From Paraspadella gotoi (lineage: Eukaryota; Animalia; Chaetognatha), in contig CM119263.1 in NCBI GenBank assembly GCA_051294375.1, positions 3,556,785 to 3,620,784 of the forward strand: a DNA stretch of 64,000 nt. Direction: 5' to 3'. The notes below the pieces were generated by a model. It saw only the letters and a list, made by a program, of their open reading frames with translations. It was not told the origin of the DNA and made no database searches. Each line of letters opens with the position of its first letter. Within the stretch, counting starts at the first letter, position 1. The position numbers and the translations under genes were made by a program. Below, piece after piece: positions 1 to 10,220 of the stretch.

Positions 1-219
1 TACTTTCTCATTACGGCGGGATTTAGACATTAAAAATAAAACTCTTTTCTGTCATTCTAAACTTATTTTTTTTGATGAACAAATAGATTAAAATTGTGAG
101 TTAAATTTAGTTGATTCTCGTCACCACCAGAAACAAGCCCCAACTTTCTTCATTTATCAAAATCAGGCCATCGCTCTAAGTTCACATCAATCTCGTAAAC
201 TTCTCATCATTCACTAGAC

Positions 220-3200
220 TCACTTGTGATGGTGAATCCCCGCCATCACCAACAAGTCCGCATCGTAAGTATCGTACGCCCGTGGCGTTCGGCTCATATC
301 CGGCCGCGGGACCTCGCCCGTGTCTAGCCGCGGCTGAAGCAGCGACTGCAGGATGGCGACGCCGAAAGCCCCGGCGAGGGAGCCCAACTGCTCGTCGACT
401 CCGTTGCGCGAAAATGTGATGTTGCTCGACTTGAGGTTGACCTCGGCGTCCATGACTTCAAAGTGAAGATCGTTGCGAACGAAAAATCTTTGGGCGATCG
501 AAGGTTTGGAAAAGAGTTTTCGTTTTGGATCGAGGAGACTGCGATGTCGAAGGTTGAAGTGAGTCACGGAGAGTTTGCCCGGGGTGTGCTCGGAACGACC
601 CTCCCATTGAGCCACCAAGACGGCCGCGTCACCTTGGATGGAGAATGGAGATGAAAAGGCTTGATTTTAAATTTATTAATGTAGGGGAAAAACAAAAAAA
701 GAAAAACAAAAAAAAATATTAAACAAAAGAAAAAAAACCAAAAAAACCAAAACATAAATTTTGAAAAATGATTTTAAGATTTAAAAATTTTAAAAATTTA
801 AAACTTTAAATAAACAATTCAAAATGGTTTTAAAAAGATTTATTCAACCCTCCCCTAAACTTATTCACTCTCACACTTTCCGTCCCTTTTTATTTTCCTC
901 TTCCTCATCCTCTTATTCCACCTCCTCTTCTTCCTCATCATCCACCTCTTCCTCATCCTCTTCTTCTTCCTCATCCCCCTCTTCCTCCTCCTCCACCCTC
1001 GACTCCCTCTCACCTTTCCTATTCATGACAATCATCGACAGATCCGTCCTGTGATTGGTTCCGTGCATGGTGTTCTCATCACTCCCCTCTCCTCATCCTC
1101 TTCTTCTTCCCCCTCCTCTTCTTCCTCTTCTTCCCGTTCTCTTCTTCCTCCTCATCCCCTCTCCTCATCATCTTCTCCCCCTCCTCTTCTTCCTCATCAT
1201 CCCCCTCTTCCTCCTCCTCCACCTCGACACCCTCTCACCTTTCATATCATGACAATCATCGACAGATCCGTCCTGTGATTGGTTCCGTGCTTGGTGTTCT
1301 CATCACTCCCTCTTCCTCATCCTCTTCTTTTCCCCCTCCTCTTCTTCCTCTTCTTCTCCCTCTTCCTCCTCATCCACCATCGACTCCCTCTCTCCTTTCA
1401 TATCCATGACAATCCTCTTCTTCCTCTTCTTCCCCTCCTCTTCTTCCTCAGCATCCTCTTCTTCTCCCTCTCTTCTTCCTCCTCATCCCCTCTTCCTCAT
1501 CCTCTTCATCCCCTCCTCTTCTTCCTCATCATCTCCTCTTCCTCCTCCCCCACCATCGACTCCCTCTCACCTTTCCGATCCTTGACGATCATTGATCTTC
1601 GCTTGTTCTGCTTCTTCATCGTATTCATCAACATCATCGGCAGATCCGACCTGTGATTGGTTCCGTGCTTGGTGTCCTCCATCAGAGATTCCGATCCTAT
1701 CGTGTGGCAGCAGGCGAAGACGACGGGCTCGGCCGGCGCCGCGGCACCCGCTGCGCCGGCGGCCGCGGCCGCCGCGTCGACGCCGCCTGCGCAGGGGCGC
1801 CACTCGTCTACGACGAAGGCAGCTGAGAAGGGCGGTTTCTGTGTATGGACGACGACGACGTCGAAAGGCTTCTGCTCGGGCGACTGCATCCGGTGAATCC
1901 CGTAGACGACGGTGGCGCCGGCGTCGGGCGCGAAGTGAAGATGGCGCCAGCCCACGAAAGGAGGGTGGCCGGCGCCTCGGTGAAGGTTCCTTGGATGAGG
2001 GTGCCGACTGAGATTGGGTAGGACGAGAGGAGCTGGAAGATTTTGAGGGGGGGGCGAAAAAAAAATCAGTCGGTTATTCAGTCCGTTAATCAGACAACGA
2101 TCAATTAGTACTTGCAAAAATCAATTAATCAATCAATCGAAACTATTTATTAAACATTCCATCAATCAATCGAGAAATCTTTCAATCAATCAATAAGTCG
2201 ACAATTTTTTTATTCGATCATTAATCAATTGAATATTAACAAATCAATCAACCATGAAGGCTATTTAACAATTACCAGAGAAGTCAGATCAATAAATCAA
2301 TCAGTCTGGTATAACTTTTAGTCACTCATCCTCCCTCCACCTAATTAAAAACCAACCTTTTGCGACATCCAAGTGTGCGGCGGATCACCTCTCCACATGC
2401 ACCCGCTCTTGGCAAAATTCTCCCGAAATTCTTGCATCCAAAATTTCCTCGTTGCTTCGTCGCTCGTCACCAACTTCGACCCTTCGCTTCGATCGTTGAC
2501 CGAATCGTCGTGATTGAGGACACGCCCACACACTTCGCGCGTGTGCCGGGCATAGGCCTCTGGATATTGTTGATGGGCGTGCCAGACGAGGTCAAAGTCG
2601 TAGCAAGGGACGAGGAACTCGTCGGAGCGAATTCGTTTGAGCTTGAGAAACATCCCGTAGCGACGGATGGCCTCTTTGAGAAAAGAGGATTTCCGATAAT
2701 GAGGAAGAGAGACTTGATAGTAGAACATCTGCTGTCGAGACACCGCCTCCAGCACGTTGTAGGAGAGGCGGCTGAGGAACACATCGGGTATGGTGCGGCG
2801 AATGTAGTTGGGATCGTTGGAGGCCAGGAACGGCTCGCCCGGGTATGCTCGCTCCCAGATCTCGCGCACGCGAACGAGACGCTTGGCTTCGACTTCGGGT
2901 CGGTAGAGGGCGTGTGGTGGGAGACAGGTGGCGCCGAGGGTGCGGACGTCGCGATCGTAGGCGAGGGGGCACTAGAAGGGGGTTAGGGGGGGGTAGAAGG
3001 GGTAAGTGGTAGATGTAAATTTCATTTCATTGTTCGTAATCGTGTTGCATTGCTATTTTGTTTTCTTTCTTCATCTCCATTTTTTTATTTGAGTGACGAA
3101 AATTGTGATTTTAATTTCATCCCTCACCAGCATGTGAGTGTGCCAGATCCAGTGGATGTCAAGAGGTGCCACATCAAGAACAATAGGCTCTCCTTTCTCG

Positions 3201-3415
3201 TCACCACCATTGGCGTTGGCGTTGGCGTGTTTGATGATTAGCGGCAACCACAGCGTCTCATAGCGTCTCATGGCATTTTGCAGATAGAGACTTCTGACGT
3301 CGTAGAGTTGAGGTTTGATGCGATCGACAGCAGCAAGGAATTCTAGTTCGAGACTCGTCGCCTCCAGGATGTTGACTTCGCCAATGAAGTCTTCCTTGGA
3401 GGCGCCGGAGCCCAT
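220..3415 (-). CDS. Glycine-rich domain-containing protein (GRDP1/2, DUF1399)-like, 4 exons
   Basis: Exons 3415-3128 (MGSGASKEDF..AMRRYETLWLPLI..APLDIHWIWHTHML), 2971-2357 (CPLAYDRD..WERAYPGEPF..LEAVSRQQMFYYQVSLPHY..AIRRYGMFLKL..FLVPCYDFDLVWHAHQQYPEAY..VLNHDDSVNDRSEGSKL..GCMWRGDPP), 2032-1571 and 632-220, all GT-AG. The two repeated PxxDxxxxWHxH motifs and HDDSVNDR are DUF1399/GRDP hallmarks (recalled). The exon 2/3 junction has a one-base phase conflict (see findings). Confidence 0.85.
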
Positions 3416-4360
3416 CTTGACGGGGTGGTTGGGGGGATGATGGAGGAGGCTGGAAAGTAGGCTGGGGAGAGAGAGAGAGAGAAATGAATTATCTCGGTAA
3501 ATTGAATTCAGTAAGACTTTAAACCTGTTACTAAGATGTTTAAAATCAAGAAAAATAAAGAAAAATAAAGAAATAAGTAAAATAACACAAAAAGTCTCGA
3601 TTATAGACTCTTGTACATATGAAATTGGTACAACCAATATTCAATTATCTATTCATTCAATAAATAAGTTTGCGTCTGTCTTTGGACAGGCAAACGCAAA
3701 ACGATACGATATTTGAATGGTAACCTAAAAGGTCCGGGGTTCAAGCCGAGTTTATTCAGCACTTATTTTTTATGTACGGTTTAATCATTAATTAATAACA
3801 AAAGTAAAAAAGCAAAAATTCATTTTGAAATGAAAAGTGCACAAAGAAGAACATTTATGTAAAATGATGCCCCGCCTAAAATTCTTTAAAAAATGCTTTG
3901 CTCGGCATCGAACAAGTAAATGAAATCAAATATTAAACGAACATCAGTTTAACGGGATTTCCGGGTAAGTAAAATTTCGTCCGAATTATTCATCGGAAAA
4001 TTCTTTCAGGAACCAGGTCCTATTCTCGACCGTCATGAGAAGAAGGAGTCAAGTTTAATCATCGATCAGTCTGCGGCTGACGCGGCTGACTGCGGCGGAT
4101 TCAGCAGCAGTCTAGACCTGGCTAAAATGAGAAAAGGCTGCGCCGATGGACTCCTGCTGAGTCACGTCGCAGGAAAACGCAGCTGGATCGCGTTTTGGAA
4201 GGAGTTGTTCGATTTCGATTTTGACAATAAAAAAGAGAATGTTTAGATTTATTTGATTTATCTGTGGATGATAGTGGATAAGGGGTGAACTTAGGTAATA
4301 TTTTGCCTGATTAACTGAGCAAAGTGTTACTGAAATTGCCTAGGTAAAGAAATGATTTTT

Positions 4361-5014
4361 CGGCGTTCCCGGAGTTGAATTCGCTCTGGATGCATATGGG
4401 AAAACGAAGAGAAAGAAGAGGAAAAAATAAAGTTCGTTTTTTTATGGAAAAGGAAATTTAAGACCGTAACAACAATGATATTAAAAATGTTTTTAAGCTT
4501 CACGAGCTAAGGATTTCTTTTTAATTCTTTAAAAAATTTAATTATAATATTTTTTTTTCATTGCCTTTGATAGATATTTACAAAATAACAGTTTTTATTT
4601 GTGATAACCACGATCATTTAATAATTCGGATATGTTTTGTTCTTGTTTTTTGAACCTTCATCAACCAGTTTTAATAGTTTTAATATTTGGATACTAACTT
4701 TGAGAGATAGATAGAGAGGCAATTTTAACCTTGATATCTCTCACTCTTTCTTAATTATTAAATGACCATTGTAATCATATATAAAAACTCTGTTACTTTG
4801 CTAATATTATTATTATATTTTTTATAAATTTCATATAACAAAAATAAAAAATATTAAAAAAAAATTATGGTATCTGAATTCCTTTATTTTTTTTCCCGAA
4901 ACGTTATCCTCTTCCGTTCCATTTCATTCATCTTCTTTTTTCCGTTATTTAAGAAAAACCTTGCTCATCGTTTTCCCATAGGCCTCCAGAGGGCATTTAT
5001 CTCCAGGAATGCCC
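4361..5014. mobile_element. Degenerate MITE / non-autonomous TIR element (~650 bp)
   Basis: 4361-4415 (cggcgttcccggagttgaattcgctctggatgcatatgggaaaacgaagagaaag) matches the reverse complement of 4960-5014 at 44 of 55 positions by manual alignment; the interior is AT-rich and non-coding. No clear TSD. Confidence 0.6.
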
Positions 5015-5125
5015 AATATATTTTCTTTTATTGATTTAATTTCGTTATCAACTATATTTTCAATTTCTTATTACTATATTTTAAGCCCAAAAATACTTTT
5101 TCCAGATGGCATGAAATATGAGTAT

Positions 5126-5329
5126 TGAAGAGACAGTAATTATTGTTATGTGGTAGTGATAGAACCGTTCAATATAAGCAGTCCCTGAGCTTCAAATCAG
5201 GATGTAACACCTTGTTAAGCACCCCGTCCCCCTTAACTGCGAGGCGGCCACCAGGCTAGAACCCCGGACCTCTGGGTTGGGAGGCGAATGGCCGCTGATG
5301 AACTGTTGGTGGATTTTAGTCCACCATAC
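5126..5329. mobile_element. Interspersed repeat family A, copy 1 (tRNA-Gly-derived segment inside Helentron-like termini), internally deleted
   Basis: Near-identical to 5517-5740 and 23634-23866; ends in the hairpin TGGTGGA-ttttag-TCCACCA followed by tac. Confidence 0.75.
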
Positions 5330-5516
5330 CGCTCCCCCTCCCGTAGGGACAAGTCTGTTGCGTCTCTTCAGTGAATTGTTGTTGTTGGTGGAAAGTGCGT
5401 CACCAAGTTGAGGCATGTCGCCTAATGTGTTGTTGGAAAAAAGTGCATCGCCAGGTTGAGGGATGTCGCCTGAAAGTGTTGTTGTTGCTGTTGTGTTTGG
5501 AAGTCGGGCTCACCAA

Positions 5517-5740
5517 TGAAGAGACAATAATTATTGTTATGTGGTAATGACAGAACCGTTCAATATAAGCAGTCCCTGAGCTTCGGATCAGGCTGTAACA
5601 GCTTGTTACAGGCGGGTTAAGCGCCCCGTCCCCCTTAACTGCCAGGCTAGAACCCCGGACCTTTGGGTTGGGAGGCGAATGACTTGCCTCCGGCACCAAT
5701 GGCCGCTGATTAATGGTTGGTGGATTTTAGTCCACCATAC
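5517..5740. mobile_element. Interspersed repeat family A, copy 2
   Basis: Same sequence as 5126-5329 and 23634-23866 (gaagagaca..aaccgttcaatataagcagtccctgagcttc..ggtggattttagtccaccatac). Confidence 0.75.
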
Positions 5741-5786
5741 AGTACAATAATACTAAATAATAAATACTAAATAATAAATCCTTTAC

Positions 5787-6854
5787 CGTTCGTCGCGTTC
5801 CAAAGGGTGAGGATGAACTTTCTCTGGCCCCTTTTCGTGTCAGACAATGGATCAAGTGGAACTCTGAAGATGGAACCATTGGAACCGGAATTATCTTGAG
5901 ACAAAGTGTCGTTGGAAGCGAAGATGGACGAAGTCAGATCCGAATCGTTGAATGGGAAGATAATCTTAAGTCCCTCGGTCGCGTGGATAAAATTCCCGTC
6001 AAACGCCAACGTTGTCATGGCGATCGCAGCGCCACTCACGGGCAAAGAGAGAAACGTAGAAGAAGAAAGATCCGTTGGGGAGAGAAGGCGTTAGCAAATG
6101 AGTTGCAATATAGTGACCAAGGTGAAAGAAAAGTATACGTAAGAATGGAAGATGCCAGTGAATCTGAGGCGAACGCAACAGTAGGAGACGTGAGAAAATA
6201 TTTTGAGAGGAATCCACAAGACGTGAAAGAAAGTGAAAATATTCGAGAAATGTTGTTGTTGTTGTTGTTTTTGTTGTTGTTGTCGTTGTCGTCTTCCTTG
6301 TCGAGATGTTCTCTTTGGTTGTCCTCGACGAAACGCTGTAGAATCATCATCAGCTTCAGGGGCGCCAGACCGACGGAGAGCAGCGCCGCGGTCGATTTTT
6401 CGGAACCGACCATTCGCAGGCGATGGCACAAACGCACGTCGAGCCTCGGAGGTGAATTGGCTCTCAATAATTGGATTGCAATCGATGGCCGACGCATTGT
6501 AAGCAATGCCAGTCCGTTGAGGACGAAAAAAGAGAATCCGACGAAAAAGATAAAACTCAATTTGCAGTAGAAAGGGATTCCTGGAAGCCAATTGAGAATT
6601 TAAGTCATCTTTCTACATTGTTTATGTAGACTTAAAATAAAAATGAAATAAAGGTATAAAATTGTAAACTATATCTTCAATGCACTTGAAAATTCATTCC
6701 AGTTTTTATCGTCGGCCATGCCTTCGATCCCGGCGCCCTCCAGTATCTCACGACCGGACACGCCCACCCGCGCTTGAAGGTCGTAACAAAGACTCTGAAG
6801 AATCTCCAAGACGACGACGACGACGCCGACGACGACGACAACAACGAAAACGAT

Positions 6855-6896
<42 letters not shown>

Positions 6897-6953
6897 TAAT
6901 CGACCGGAGATTTTAGAGCGAAAGGCGTCGATGAAAAGATTGATCAACATCAT
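5787..6953 (-). CDS. Diverged CNNM/ACDP-like membrane protein (DUF21 + degenerate CBS region), with an apparent 1-bp frameshift
   Basis: Exon 6953-6686 (MMLINLF.. with a poly-Val hydrophobic segment) splices in phase 1 over a 105-nt GT-AG intron to an exon starting at 6580: IPFYCKLSFIFFVGFSFFVLNGLALLTMRRPSIAIQLLRANSPP.., which aligns by eye to CNNM [38 protein letters not shown]. Later VAFASDSLASSILTYTFLSPWS matches [22 protein letters not shown] in spacing. After a frame change near 6077-6080, LSLPVSGAAIAMTTL and FRVPL match LELRTKTVEDVMTPL and TRIPV. The 3' end beyond the donor at 5786 is uncertain. Confidence 0.5.
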
Positions 6954-7833
6954 TGATTAATTTAATTATGAATTTGAAATTTTTTATTAATGATTGTCAA
7001 TTATGGTGGGTTTTGCTTTATATTTGGAAATTTTGACGACGTATCCTGACTAAGCATTTTTCTAGGTATTCGGGTTCCGAAAGAGGCGTAAAGGTTCCGC
7101 TTAAAAACGTCGCATTTATAAAAAAAAAACTACTCTTTTTAATATTGTTCAGTTGTTTATTACAATATTAATTTAATTTTTATCACAACACAAATTGGGC
7201 CGAACTATAGATTGGTTAAAAATATCTCCACCCGTTTCTAATGATGAAAGAGTCCCATTTTTGCAACTCTTAGAACAAAAATTGTGTTTATTTTTGTTCA
7301 TTTTTACTTTAGATTTCAGTTTTTCTTTATCTTTTGGCCTCTAGGTATATTTATTTGGTTAAATTCTTTATAGTTTGCCTATGAATTAATTTTCAAGTTG
7401 ATGAGTAAAAACGTGGCAGTTTCAGTTTTTATCATAATTTATAAAACAAAGATATTTTAAATTGATTAAAATTAATAGAAAATATAGCCTATTGAATAAG
7501 CTTTAAACATATAAATATTATACAAAAACGTTTTTTATTTAGTCAAAAGTAATTTTTAAAAATAACTATTAATTTATAACTTTTTATGACTTGCATTTAT
7601 TTATAATAAAAAAATATTTTCAACTAATTTATTAGCTTGAAAAGATAAAGTATATACTGACATTGATTAGCAGCATAACATATTTTTCTCAGATTCGATA
7701 AAAAATTTGCAATAAATTTTGCACAATTTTGTATTAATTTATTAAATCTGCGAGGCAATCAAAATTAAAATCAAACCTGTAGTCGGGCATTGCCTTGGTT
7801 CACCCGGCCAAGAAGCATAACAATTTCAGTTGT

Positions 7834-8050
7834 GACCCGGTGGCTCATTGAATAAAGCCATCAGCTCATGACCACTCGGTATCGGGTTCAATCCTAACCC
7901 GGTACCTACCCTGCGGGAAGCGTGAGGACGGCCGTAAGCCGTCTTGGGGGCAAGCCCAGGGACCCTTTCCATGGCTGCTAGAGGGGGTTATAGAAGTTAA
8001 GGACAGTCATCTTCAGCCCACGTAGCGCCTTATCCACAAACCTTAATTTA
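7834..8050 (+). mobile_element. tRNA-derived SINE-like element
   Basis: GC-rich island in AT-rich DNA with an A-box-like ggtggctcattga (~7838) and a B-box-like gggttcaatcc (~7883), followed by a ~150-bp body and an AT-rich tail. Single copy in this window. Confidence 0.45.
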
Positions 8051-9189
8051 TTTTCTTATAATGCATATTATAAGAAAATAAATAAATAAATAAATAAGAA
8101 AAAAGAATTAAATTTCAATATAAATGTAAAAATAAGTAAGAGGAAAAGGGAGAACAAGAAAAGGGGAAGGGGAGCGAATAAGAGAGAATGAGGGAAAAGA
8201 GTAAAAAGAGAAGGCAAAAGGGATAAAAATAGAGAGATAAAAGGGATAAGGCGGGAAATTAAGGGAAAAAAAGGGAGAAAGAAAGGGAAGAAGAAAAGGA
8301 AAGAAAAAAAGTTAAGGAAAGAGGAAGAGTGGCAGAAAAAGGTAAGGGTAAAAAAATGGTAAGTGAAAGTTTGAGATGAAAGGGAAGAAACAGGGTTAAA
8401 AATAGAAAAGCAGTGAAGAAGAGAGGCAATGAAAAAGAATAAAAGAAAGGGTATGATAGAAAAAAGAATAACAGCAAAATACATAAAATTAAAAATTATT
8501 ATGGGGAATTCGCTCTTTAGAAAAAAATTTTATACCATAAAATTTCAAGGATAATTTACAAAAAAATTAAGCAGTTAAAAATATTTGAATGATAATTATT
8601 GAAGAAATCATGTCATGCCGTATTTTTAACTCGTAGAAATATACCTGGAAAGTACTATGTAATAAGAGGAAGATAACTATAACCTACCATTTTTTAAATG
8701 ATAAAAACTTAATACTAGTCAAGGAGATCATAAGACATGGTAGTAAATTAGGTTAAGATTCCGTTGTCTAAAAGAGTCCGAAAGTAAGCGACTGAGCGGA
8801 ACCAAAACGTGTATGGGTCAAAGTGAGAATATAGAATAAAGTTAGCTAATCATCATACATTATTAAAATAAATGCTTCGTCATTAACTTGAAACATGAAA
8901 CCCATTCATTTTCATTCTATTTTTCTTTTTGCCTTTTATGACTTCATTCATACTATTGGATTAGGGAGGACAATGATCTTATTAGTGACGTCAGGAAAAC
9001 CTCTAACCTTAATCAGTTCAACTCATCTAATAGTTAAAAAAATTCGTATCAAAAATAAACAGACTCTTTATCGATAAATATAAGATTTCTAAATAGCTAA
9101 CCTTAGATCATATAGTATGTGTAGTGCGTGTCTCTTTAACATCATTTTTCAATTGCAAATTAAACCTATAGCAAATGTAATTCATGATC

Positions 9190-9222
<33 letters not shown>

Positions 9223-9324
9223 AAATCCCTCGCTCAGCATATATATTATCTAAATTATATATATAGTTTGGTTGTACCAATTTCATATATCTCGACCTCG
9301 GTGATTGTGCAATCGCAAAATAAG

Positions 9325-9385
<61 letters not shown>

Positions 9386-9390
9386 AACAA

Positions 9391-9516
9391 AACGTGAGCG
9401 AAATTGCGATAACTCAACATAATTTATTCATGATCACGTGACTTGTCTCGACCAATGAGAGGCCGTGGTTCGCACGCGTTCCACGATCGTGTGCCACCGC
9501 CGTCCGCCCGCACGTT
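9391..9516 (+). promoter_or_regulatory. Clock-type promoter of the cryptochrome: E-box/E'-box cluster, CCAAT and GC box
   Basis: AACGTG 9391-9396, CACGTG 9435-9440, CCAAT 9452-9456, CACGCG 9473-9478, CCGCCC 9504-9509 and CACGTT 9511-9516, about 0.7-0.8 kb upstream of the CRY ATG. Confidence 0.65.
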
Positions 9517-10220
9517 GATCTCTCTGCTAAAGGCTCAAATTCTCTCGTTCCTGGAATCTGGAATTTCTTTTGCGATGGTGACAACGAGTCCGTCCTGTTT
9601 TTTGATCGATCCTTAATCGATACATTTTTAAATCCATGAAAGTTTGGAAACTAAAAAAAAACGTGACCTTTGTGTGTGTTGGATTGGACCTGGGTCTTTG
9701 TTATTGTTTGTCCAAAAGTTTTCTCGAATGTGAAATTCTTTTGAATCGAATAACAAAATAAATAAGAGCGAGAGAGAAAAAAGAATAAGAGAAAATCTTT
9801 CTCTTATTCTCTCTTCTCTCTCGCTCTTTAACTCTTTTAAAAAAATAATTGTTTTTGGCTAATTTGAAATTTGTTGAACGAGTATTCTGAGAACGATTGC
9901 CAAGGCCGTTCTCAGGCTAAAAGAATCTTTCCGTGCATTAATTTACATTCTTTTTTTCTCTCTCCAACTACAAATTTTGTCAGAAAATTCCAAATTAATT
10001 TTTTGGGGGGTTTTCCCGATTTAAATCGAGTCAATTTTTTTCTTCGAACAAAAATCAATCCCCGATTTTCTTCTCGACCATCGAAGTGATTCTTTTTTAT
10101 TTGGAAATTGACTCCCTGACCCAAGACGCTTCCGACGATGACCTAAACCAACTCACCGAACCCTTTTGATCCCAACGACCCGGACCTGGACCGAGACCCG
10201 GACCGCCTGACGCCCCAAAA

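Noticed and set aside
824-1656. Plus-strand Ser/Pro/Leu-rich ORFs
   Set aside because: Translations of (CCT/CTT)n low-complexity intron sequence antisense to the GRDP gene.
2360-2986. 208-aa plus-strand ORF
   Set aside because: Antisense shadow of GRDP exon 2.
4110-4260. Minus-strand segment VKIEIEQLLPKRDPAAFSCDVTQQESIGAAFSHFSQ, resembling an SDR or CBS fragment
   Set aside because: Short and isolated, with no neighbouring exons to support an SDR. It could be a last exon of the CNNM-like gene, but I cannot support that.
4960-5052. Possible CNNM-like exon ILGIPGDKCPLEAYGKTMSK
   Set aside because: It coincides with the right TIR of the 4361-5014 MITE and has the wrong splice phase.
5787-6045. 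Calx-beta-like reading of FRVPLDP..FILTLWNATNG
   Set aside because: The upstream DUF21-like context and LxL..MTxL spacing favour a degenerate CBS region; the similarity is too weak to call.
5896-6570. 224-aa plus-strand ORF
   Set aside because: Antisense to the CNNM-like exon, with no recognisable domain or splice support.
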